A stretch of 64,000 bases of DNA, taken from the NCBI GenBank assembly GCA_024704765.1, contig JAKMXF010000361.1, positions 62,001 through 126,000 of the forward strand, read 5' to 3'. A model generated the notes under the pieces. The model did no database searches and was not told the DNA's origin. It saw only the letters and a program-made list of their open reading frames with translations. Positions 47,481 through 59,400 of the stretch are shown in pieces (positions within the stretch are counted from its first letter, which is position 1; the number at the start of each line of letters is the position of its first letter). Source of the DNA: Oopsacas minuta. Taxonomy: Eukaryota > Animalia > Porifera. Both the position numbers and the translations under genes were made by a program.

Positions 47481-50400
47481 CTAAATTAAAGTTTCTTCTG
47501 ATTCAATATCAATCAGTCCTGCAGCCTTCTTATAAACCTCAGTCTCTGCCGGACTGTACTCATTATATTTTCTAGACTTCCAATAACGACAAGAATAATA
47601 GCAGGAAATGACAGCTATTAGGATAGCCAAAATAGCTATCAGAATTAAGCAAACTGAGAGTATTGATATTAGAATTACAGAAGTAGTGGTAATAGGGATA
47701 TCGCATAGGGAGCCGGTATATCCATCTATACATTCACAGAGATAATGAGTAGAATTGAGATTACTGCAACCACCGTTTTGACACGGATTTAAATAGCAGA
47801 AATCGGTCTTGTTACAAAATGTACCTCTCATACCGGGATTACACACACACGAGAATGTCCCACTATTCAAATCTTCACAAGTAGAATTCTCATGACATGT
47901 ATGGTTATGACAAGCATCGATGTATTGGCAATATTCCCCCCTATATCCTAAATCACACTTACACATAGACTCATTATAAGTAATCTTCAGACAAGTACCA
48001 TTATTACAATCTACCTCATCACAAGGATCAATTTCAAACTCACACATTACACCTGTATAACCAGGCTTACAGACACAAGAGTATGTAGTATTACCATCTA
48101 CACATGAAGCATTGTTCTCACAAGAATTAGATATACAATTATCTAGTATTACATCACAATTGGTACCTGTGTAATCAAGGTAACATGAACAGAAATAGTA
48201 TGTACCACCCCCGTTACAAGTACCATTCTGACAAGGAGAGCTATCACACAGGTCCAATTCTGTTTCACATTGATCTCCAATGAATCCATCAAAACATGTA
48301 CAATCAAATCCGTTTACTCTATCAGTGCAATTACCATTCCCATTGCAAGAATCAAGCAAGCAATCGTTAATGTTCATTTCACAATCTTTCCCAGTGTAAC
48401 CTACTTCACAAATACAATTGTAATCGCCGAATATTGGACTACAAGATCCTCTGATGCAAGGAGATGGTGAGGTGTTGCAATAGTTTATTTCTGACTCACA
48501 CTGATCGCCTGTGTATCCGGAATTACACACACAACTGAAGTCATTGAGGAGATCAAGACACTCCCCTCTCATGTTACAAGAGTTTTCCGTACAGTTAATT
48601 ACGTCCATATCGCAATCGTTACCTGTGAACCCTACATCACAAGTACACATGTAGTTGTCAACTAGATCAGTACATGTTCCATTCACACAGGGATCAGGAG
48701 AGCAATCATTGGTATTAATCTCACAAAACATACCAGTGTATCCAGGTTGACATTTACATCTGTAGCCATTAATTACATCCATACACTGTCCACCATTCAT
48801 ACATAGTACAGATTTGCATTCATCTATGTCTATTGTGCAGTTCCTTCCTGTGTAACCAGCAGCACACATACAAGAATAGTTCCCGTAGGTATTGGTACAA
48901 TTACTCTGATTCTTACATGGATTAATTGATGACTCACACTCGTCTACATCTACTGTACAATTATTCCCTTTAAATCCTAATGTACAATCACATGAATAAC
49001 TCCCGTCATGGTTAGTACAATTTCCTTCATTCTGACAGGTATTATACAATGTACACTCATCCACGTCTACTGTACAATTATTCCCTGTGTAATTAGCAGG
49101 ACAAATACACATGTAGTCACCTTCTGTATTCATACAAACACCTCCGTTCTCACAGGGCTCTGTATTGCATTCGTCTATGTCTATGGTACAATTCGGACCT
49201 GTGTACCCAGAGAAACATTCACAGTAGTACGCACCCTGTGTGTCAGTACAGTTACCGAATAAACAAGGTTGTATAACTGTACACTCATCAATATTAGAGT
49301 CACATAAGTCACCAGTATAACCAACATTACATACACAATTGAATGGAGTTGTTCCAATCATTTCACAAGTTCCGTTAAAACAGGGAAAAGCTTCACAAGG
49401 ATTGACTAGATTATCACAATGCATTCCTGTGTAACTAGGAGTACATACACAAGTGTAATCGTTCACCCCGTCAATACAAGTACCGTTATTCAAGCAGAGA
49501 TCTAGATCACAATCGTCAATATTTATTTCGCAATTATTACCACTGAAACCATCCAAACATTCGCACAGCTTTTCAAAAATATCTGTTAATGTATCTATAC
49601 TACAAGTTCCGTTATTGTGACAAGGTTCTGCCTCACATAGGGTAAGTGAGCATGTAGGGGAAGTATATCCAGCTGTACAACTACAAGTATACCCATCTGG
49701 TATTTCATTACATGTTCCTCCATTTTGACATGGAGAAGATTTGCAGGATTCAATTTCACAACTCTCTCCTTTATAAGTAGTGTTTGTACACGTGCAATTA
49801 GCGTCTATAATTGTTGACAAGTTAGAGTACATAGGAACACACGTACCTCCGTTAAGACAAGAGCAATTGAAACAAACATCTAACAGATCTAATCTCTCTA
49901 TACTGCAGTTAGTACCATTATAGGAGCATGGACATTCACAATAGTATGAGTTTATACCGTCAATACAATTACCTCCATTCTGACAAGGATTATGTATACA
50001 GTTATCTGTATTTATCTCGCACCTATTCCCTTCAAACCCTGTGTTACAATCACACATGTAACCAGGTGAGAGATTCATACAAGTCCCATTCTCTGTACAG
50101 GGGAGCTGATCACACTCGTTAATATCCATATCACAGTAATCTCCTGTATACCCAGTAGAACAGTTACATAATACAGAAGAACTGTTAGATATACATGTAC
50201 CGTTATTACAGGGATCTATAGAACAGGGGTCTACTAATAACTGACAGAATGTACCAATCCTTCCTTCCTCACAAAATAATTCTCTGCCATCATCTTCTAC
50301 CAAATTATTTGATACGATATTGAAAATAGAATTATTATTACTGAATAGAGAGAATAGTGTATCCTGTACTATCAGTTGTCTTACTCCACCAACATAACTA

Positions 50401-53400
50401 TCTAATAGAACAAATAAATTAGATAATTACAGTAGAAACTCGTTAATAAGAAGAATACGGTTAATACGAACTAATACGATATCAGGTCTATAATGGATAT
50501 CCAATAGGTATAACTCCGGTTAATAAGAACTCCAGATAAGGCGAACGACAAATTACTATAATAAAGGACTGAAGACTGCCAGCCTCATAGCTTACTAGAC
50601 ATAAGACCTCACAGTAACTTGTGAATTTTGGACTAGGGATGTTGTTATCGGCCGAGGTATTTTTATGGGAGTTACAATATTGCAGAAACGGAGCATTTTT
50701 GCCTGAATACGTTTGTAGAACAACAAATTTTCAAACATTATATGTTAAAAATTTCTTGAATATGCCATTCCACAAATATTTAGTAAGGCAATCAGCTATT
50801 CAACAATAATACATTTTCGTAGTCTAGCTTTAGCGGATTAGGAGATATCAGGAAAACATCATGGACCCAAGTTCCAGGAGCCGGCTTGGCAGCCTACAGT
50901 CCTTTATTATTGTAGTTTATGAGGGGAACAAATTTTGGCCGAGCACGTATTAACGAGGTTCCACTGTAACAGTTTACAATTCGTAGGTATAATAGTCTAC
51001 CTGCATTCATAATAGTACTATTAGCTCCAAGAAGTATATGTATAGAATAATTAGCATCTATTGGTAATGTGAAGTTGATCTTATCTGTAGTTTCATTCCC
51101 ATCAATCCTGTATACAATCATATCAGTGTATAAACTCCAGCTGACTGAATGCAGTACTCCATTAGTTACATAATTGTCTGTACGTCGTGCAAAAAGAACT
51201 AGACATAACAACAGTTAATAAATAACCAATACAGTCAGCATATAAAAGGCAGACAATAAAAGATTTAATTAAGAAAAATGTGCAAAATATGGAGAGCTAT
51301 GAAATATTATGCAGAATAGGGGAGGGTGCTCACGGAGTTGTATTCAAAGCTAAACATATTCAATCCGGCTACCACGTAGCCTTGAAGAAGATAGCCTTGA
51401 GGAAGATAGAGGATGGTATACCGAACAATATTCTTAGAGAAGTGAAGACATTAATGTCATTAGAAGAACACCCAAATATAGTACGGCTGTTTGAAGTGTT
51501 CCCACATGGTATGGGGTTTGTATTGGTATTTGAATTCATGCTCTCTGACCTATCCGAAGTATTACGTAATCACAGTATATTGCTATCAGAGGCTCAGATA
51601 AAGTGCTACATGTTGATGCTATTACAAGGAGTATCACATTGTCATAAACATAATATAATCCACAGAGACCTCAAGCCTGCTAACTTACTGCTCAGTAGTT
51701 CTGGTCACCTTAAGATAGCAGACTTCGGTCTAGCACGTGTGCACTGTCTGGCAGAGGATAGACCTCAGTACAGTCACCAGGTAGCGACCCGTTGGTACAG
51801 ACCTCCTGAACTGCTCTATGGTGCTAGGGTGTATGATGAGGGGGTGGATCTATGGGGAGTGGGGTGTATCCTGGGAGAACTAATCAACAGTTCTCCTCTG
51901 TTTCCTGGAGAAAATGATATCGATCAGCTGTGCTGTGTAACCAGGATATTGGGAACTCCGAACGAGCAAGTTTGGCCAGGGCTCTCAGACCTACCGGACT
52001 ATAAGAAGATTACATTTCCTGAGCTCCTTCCGATCCCACTCCACAAAATAGTCCCAGACGCTGCACCCCTTGCACTGGACCTCCTAGAAAGCTTCCTGGT
52101 ATATGTGTCAAAGAGGAGACTCCCAGCTGTTAGAGCTTTGATCCATCCTTACTTCTTCTCCGAACCTATCCCAGCGCACCACACACAACTCCCTTCACCT
52201 AGGACACTCCCCAAGAGGGATCTGTTCCAGATATTTAGCAGTGCTGAATTTGACCCCAGCCTCCTAATCCATCCCTCTAAGATCCCCTCTCATGTAATAG
52301 CAGTAACCACACCCACTCAAACACGAAAGATACCCAAGCAAATAACAAGCAAAAAGTCTACTACCGACAAGAATAGTAAATTCTAACATGCACTTATATT
52401 ATGTTACTATATTAATCGTAAAATATTTGTAATTCTAACAGGTTCACTCACTCTGATTATTCACTGATACTATCATTACAAGAAATCCTTCTTGTACATG
52501 GAAAATAACAATAAGAGATTCATTCCCTGTAATATAAATTGTAATCAGGAGTTGAGCTTCAAAGTCTCTTGTCCTGAAAGCAAAGCTTCCGCTAAACTTT
52601 GTTACAACAGGGAACATATCCAGACTTATGTAGACGTAAGAATCAGCTGAGAATAATGCAGGAATATCTAAAACAGAATATAGTACTAGTGATATACACA
52701 GGAAAAAGGACAACATACAAGGCCGTTGCAAGCAGATTAAAATTGGTCAGGTTAACTATACAAAATACATGGAGCTACCAAAAGTTGGTCCCGTTTACTA
52801 ATTGAATTAGTAGTTCTGTTGTATGACAGTTTAACTACCTCTATTACCAGAACCATAGATATTTGAATTTTAGGACAGTATAACGGGAGCCCCAGTTTAA
52901 CTACCCTAATTTTCTCGTATTATACTTACAATTACATATACACTTCAAAATATCATAAATACGAGCCGCTTCGCTTGCGAACATTATGTGTTCGTATGTA
53001 ACTCGGCACTTCGTGCCTTGTCAAAATGGAAGATCATGTAATGAAATTCGGAATCAGCGTATCTTGTTTCCCGATTGCGGCTGTTAAGAGCAAGTCTCTA
53101 CGTTTATTTTAAGATTTCAACTATTTGTTTAATTTATATTTGTTATGGGAAATGTTGGCGATGTACACAATATAGCTTCAATTATGCATTAGTATGGGTT
53201 TAAGACGAACTACATGGCTCCTGATTATTCAATCCGTAGACTCCAGCACTATTCATTAATCATTTTACCCTAAAAACGTTCATTGTCAGACTGTATCAAA
53301 ATTGTGAAAATTGGAAAAACACTTCCTTACGTCCTATGTGAAAATTTATGATATTTAAGTATAACATGTGAAAATTATGGTAGGTAAACAGTCATACAGT

Positions 53401-56400
53401 TCGTCTGATTGCAAGGAATATTGAAATAACGTTGTAGAGAATAACTACTGAAAATTACTTAATGAAATTACCAAATTTCCCTATAACCAGGTGTGTTTGC
53501 AGGAATATTAGGAGGGAAGGGGGTTGAAACTACAAACCCCTAATAGACCACACTGGGTTGAAACCTGACCAACCGGACCGTCTCCGACGACCATGACATA
53601 TAATATACACTATTCAAATTTCGTACTAGTCCTCACCTTGTTCACACAATTCTCCAATATATCCAGCAAAACAGTTGCAGGTGAAATCAGTAGTAGTGAT
53701 TCTAATACAATCTCCGTTTCCACTACAAGAGCTGTATTCACAAGGATCTATCATAATTTCACACGTAGGTCCTGTGTAGTTAGAGTTACAGTCACAAGAG
53801 AAAGAACCTAATGTGTTGATGCAAGTACCAGCTGATGAGCAGGGAGATTCCATACACTCATTTACGTCATCAGTACAAGTTAATCCTGTAAATCCTTCTA
53901 AACAAGAGCAAGAGTATGAGCCATTATTATTCATACAAATTGCATTGTTCTGGCATGGAACAGGTTGTATACTGCATTCATCAATATCAAATTCACAATG
54001 TGGCCCTAAAGAGAAGTAGATAACTACTCTTATGAGCCCTGGGTAATAATTTCGAAAAATTATTAGCAAGGGCTCAACCAATATACAGTGATAGAAGTTT
54101 GAAATTTGAATCACAGGTACTCCTCAATGTGCCAAATGTTCTGACGTCGTGATTTTGGCTAAATTAAATTAATTATGGGATTATTACATCACCATGACTG
54201 TACAAAAAGATATTTTGAGAATTTAATAGTACTCGAAGCACAAAGTGCAGATTACTACCGAAGAAGGCAAATAAATGGAATTTGGATGGACCATGGATAA
54301 AAAGTACATTTCTGCCATTTCATACACTCGAGGCAAGAAGTGCCGAGTATATTCCGTCGCATAGCGACCAGAAGTACTAAGAAAATTAGCTTTTAAATAC
54401 TTAAGCTAACCTGAGGTACTAAGCTGTCGCGTAGCGACCGAGCAAGGGGAGCACGCTAGTATTGTCATAAGACCAAAATAGGCCACTTTAATCACAGAGA
54501 TATTTGTGTAACTTTTTGTCAGTTGATCTTCTATGGGCAATTAACCAATCTAAACCAACAAGACAAAACTTGGAACCGAGACCGACTAGTCAACTTGGGT
54601 GTGGTCATGATAGTTTAGAATTTTATACAAGGTGTGACCATAGCCCGCAAGAGTTTGAAACCTTGCTGTAATTGTTAGTTAAACAAGTATATACTACGTA
54701 GAATGTTAGCAACCCACCTGTATACCCGATAGTACAATTACAAGTGAAATTCCCTCCGTCATCCTGCTGGCAAATTGCTCCATTCTCACAAAGAGAGTAC
54801 AAACAAGGATACAGAAACACGTCACATAGACTGCCAGTGAAATTCTCACCGCAAACACATACAAATCCATTAACAACATCTAAACATGTAGACCCATTCA
54901 GACAGGGGTTACCAATGCACTCATCGATATCAAGTTGACAGTCTACACCCGTGTAACCGGGGTCACACTGACAAGTATAGGAATTCTTCCCGTTAACACA
55001 CAGGCCGTTTAAACAGGGAGAGGATGAGCACTCATTAACATCTTCCTGACACATCAACCCTGTGTAGCCAGAAGGACAGTAGCACTCAAATCCAGACCCT
55101 ACTGGAACACAGTGACCTCCATTCACACATGGAGAGGAGAGACATTGATTCACTTCTTCTGTACAGTTTGTACCTGAGATAGAGAGAGAATGATAATCGC
55201 TCAGTAATAGTTTTAAACATTGATTACATATTAGCCATTGGATAAGTCGTTCCTTATCCGAGTTACATGCTATTCATATTCGTAATAACGAGTCTACTGT
55301 AGTGAGCATCGAGAAACATCAATAATAGATTAATAAATATGAATAAATCAAACAGACTATATTAAGATAAATAAGACTGAGTAGCAACGAGTATAACATA
55401 ATATTATTTTAATTCCCCTTCATCTTCTCTTTGAGACTCAGCAGGTGTTTCAGGAGGAACATATAGAGGATTCTGCTTAGCAAGGAGTGATACTAGCTCA
55501 GTACATACATGCTCGTCCTCCTGGAATAGATTGTTTTTCAATGAGACTCTCAATAGTCCTGGTTTATATGTATTCTTAGGTTCTGTTGTCTGCCACATAA
55601 CAGCAGCTATTAATAAAGATACACTCTCTACTGACATTAAGTTATAAGATAGGTTTAAGCTGAGTAGAGTCATATTCCCTGGAATAAATATCTGCTTTTC
55701 TCTCATAGATACCTTCTCCAGGAGAGGGTTAGCATACTCAATAGTATCTTGTTTATCAGAATCTATTTGTTCCTGAGGCCTCTTAGCTATCTTACTGCCA
55801 GCACGTTTCTTAGCACTTTCCACATGTTTAGCTTTTGTTCTTTCAACAGGTTTGGCAGATTTTTCATCTTTTGGTAAGTTCTTTGAAGTAGCAGTAGCCT
55901 TATGTGTAGTAGAGCGTAGTTTAGCAGAACTAGTGCCATCAGGAATAGGGGAGGGAGTACCTTGATGGATACCTAGCTTATTAGGACTGTCTACAAGTTC
56001 TCTTGTGTGAGGATTTTCAGCTGTTAGAGTAGCAAATATGAGAGTTCTACGCTCCATTATTTCTTCATGAGTTAGTGGAAACTCTTGCAATACAGACTTA
56101 GATAAGAAATCTGTCATAACATCAGTGAGAGCGTTACCAGCTAGAGAGATACCGTGTAGAGTTCTGTTTGTTCTAAGTCCCTTCACTATATCAATACTCT
56201 TAGTGTCATCCAGTTGGTTGTTGGATAAATTCAAGAATATCAGAGATTTATTCTTCCTAAGAGCATTACCTATAGCTATACACTGAGAAGATGAGAGAGC
56301 ACATCCACGTAATGAGAGAGTATCAAACACAGATCTCTCTTGTGTGAGGAGAACACTAAAGTCTCCCTCAGGGATAGGGTTACCGTCTAGATTGAGCCGT

Positions 56401-59400
56401 TTAAGAGAAGTGAGACTAGCAGTTAGTGTAGCTAGCTCAGATAGAGTCCTCTTACTCATTCCTACATTCCATAGAGAGAGAGATTGTAATTGAGGATAGA
56501 AAGGAAAACATACAGACAGTATATTTAACAGCTGGGAGGTTAGCTTATAGCCTCTGAAAGAGAATTGTTTCAACGTAGACAAGTCATGTTCATCTTCATA
56601 ACAAACTTCAATACGTGGAGATATATATTCTGCATTAGGAACAAGTTTGTAGCTGTGAAGGGATGAGATATCTTCGTGCTTTGCTCCGTTAGAAGAAGAA
56701 AGTTTTTCTTCAGAAGATCGAGGCTTATGAACTACAGGTATTTCATATATTCCCTCTTTCTTACAGAGTTTAGTGAAGTCTTCAGGGAATATACCTTTAG
56801 GAGTGTAGACAGAGTCATCTTCTGTGCCCTCTTGAGTGGGGTTAGGCGTTTTTAACTTTTCACTTTTCTTGCGCATTCTACTCTTTGTTAATTATGTAAT
56901 TTGTTAGAACACCCTCACTGATCCGAACAACACTCCAATTACAAATAAATTGTTAGGATTCGTGAAATGCATTGAATTAATGCTATAGTAAGCTTCGGAT
57001 TTAACAACATTGGTTCTAGCGACAAATCGCTTATAACGACACTTACTCTAGCCCATATATCTCCAGCAATATTTCTACACACCATACTTCAGGTATAATG
57101 ACATGTTAGATAAGGACACTTCGGATATATCGACACTTTTCCATGCCTGATGCATCTAAATTACATCGGAAATTACGACTTTGGCGAATTTTATACTGTG
57201 TAATGCAGAAATGCTTTCTGTATATGCAGGAACTTAGCAAAATCAGTCTAATTTGTAAATAATTGGGTTTGTATTTATCTAACTATACAGAATATACCAT
57301 TAAACTTCTCTTGTTTTGAATCATACATTTTCCGTCTAAACAAATGGAAACGCATTTAAATATAGTCATTATGTACAATGTAATTTCGAATAATTTCTAA
57401 ACCTACATATCATCATCCTTATAGATTCAGGCGGAGTTGGCTAACGGAAGCGACAAGTATTGAGTAATCTATATTACACTTACATGTACATACAGCCTTT
57501 ATGCAACTATATATTACTCATTATACTAATATCACCAAACTTGTTCGTCATATGTATAGTTTGGTTTTCGCATGAGCGTTGCAACATATTAAAATGAATG
57601 TATTTGGAGTCCATCAAAGTATATACTATATACAATACATTCGGAGTAACTTCGGATTTAGCGACACATCCTATATAACGAGCTATTTTGCTTGCCCAAA
57701 TGAGTGTCATTAAATCCGAAGTTTACTGTAGTTCAGTTTTCCGAACAAACGATGAAAAGGGTGCCAACATGTGTAATTCAGTATTATGTATTTGTTCGCA
57801 GTAGAATTGGACACAGCACGGGAAATAAAAAGAACATTATTGAAAATTTTCCAAAGGTTTTGTATCAATTAGGGCCTGTTCGGATTAGCGAGGGTCTACT
57901 GTAATTAAAATAATTAGACATCAAACTAACATTAAATAAATGAGAATTATTGATACAAATATAAAGTAACCAGTTCATTCTCATTAATCAATAACATTAC
58001 TGTTAATATAATATATTCACTTCTCGTAGGGAGAGGATTCATTGTCAGGATGTTCAATATCACTTTCTGAGTCTGATTCATTCGGACCACGAGCCTTATG
58101 GTGAATACAACAACAATTAGATTTCTTCTTCCCCATGTGTTCGTTATCAATCACATCTTCTGACCATTTAATCTCCTTTTTAGGTTTCTTCTTAAGTATC
58201 AATATTTGTTTAGAATCAGTGGGTTCAGTAATCTTAGTAGTAGTAGTGGTAGTAGTAGTAGCTGTAGTGGGAGTCTTAGTGGTCTTTGTTCTTGTTGACA
58301 TTTAGCTAGTTTTACTTAATTAAACAAATAAATATTTAAATAAAAATAAATGCCCAGCTATAATAATAAAGAGAACACAATACTCAAATAGGCAATTTAA
58401 TATACAAATGTGAGAGTAGTGGCCAAGTACATTACATCACTACCTACTGAGTCTGGTAAAATTCGCTACTCACAAGGGTGATCATATAATCGACAACTAC
58501 ATTACCACACTTGCATATAATATATACGTTAAATTTGTTTATATCCATAATTGTCCACCAGTGAGTTAGGACTTAGGAGTCATATATGCACTATTAGGGG
58601 AACTGATGTTTTATGAAATTAAGTAACCAACTTGAATGAACTATTGAGTACAGATTATGGATAATTACTATTAGACAACACTTATTGTAGTGAGTAAATA
58701 ATTACAAGACTAAGCATTTAACTTTAATACATAGCACATCGTGACTTACTACAATAAATGTACGAATAATAAACATCAGAGGCTAGGTAATCAAATACGA
58801 TGTATGCAGGAGAGCATGAGAGACAGAGAGACAGCTGTTGTAATAAACACAAACAGAGCAAATAGGATAGACCAGATAGGTTCACGATAACAGTACACAT
58901 ACAGAGTACGTTGGTAGTAATATTCGGTCGAGACGAAGCTAGAATTATAGTAAATTACGTCAAAATTTGAATGAGATAATTCTGAAAAGGAAACAATATA
59001 ATCGATTGTTCTTAAAGATGAATTATTCACAAAAAAGTGGTATTTTTGTCCTGATATCGCGACATTGCGTAATAATAACCAGTATCCGAAGCTTTACAAT
59101 ATGATAGATAACAGTGAATATATCGAGGATATACGCAAAAATCTAAATCGAAGAGAAACAACTTAGGAGCCACGTATCTATCAGATGTGTTATGAAATGG
59201 ATTCAGCTGGAATACAGTAGAGTTAGCAATCATCCAAATACACATGTAGGTTATATTCTGATATTTGGTAGTAAATGGTTGTAGCTTTGCTTGTATTATT
59301 GTCATATTTCAAGCCTTGTAGGTAATCTAAACAACCATAATTCGAATTAGGCAGATGATAAGAAGAATTAAATTTATATTTACATATGATTGGCTGGTTG

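Noticed and set aside
52668-52731. Apparent signal peptide (MLSFFLCISLVLYSVL) suggesting a separate gene starts here
   Set aside because: It is the T-rich polypyrimidine tract of an acceptor (ttttag|AT) whose phase matches the upstream donor CEQ G|gtgagg.
47481-55173. Notch, Delta or fibropellin identity for the EGF-repeat gene
   Set aside because: No LNR, ankyrin, DSL or CUB domains were seen; LamG-like segments and the YSP..E/ExLI tail fit Crumbs.
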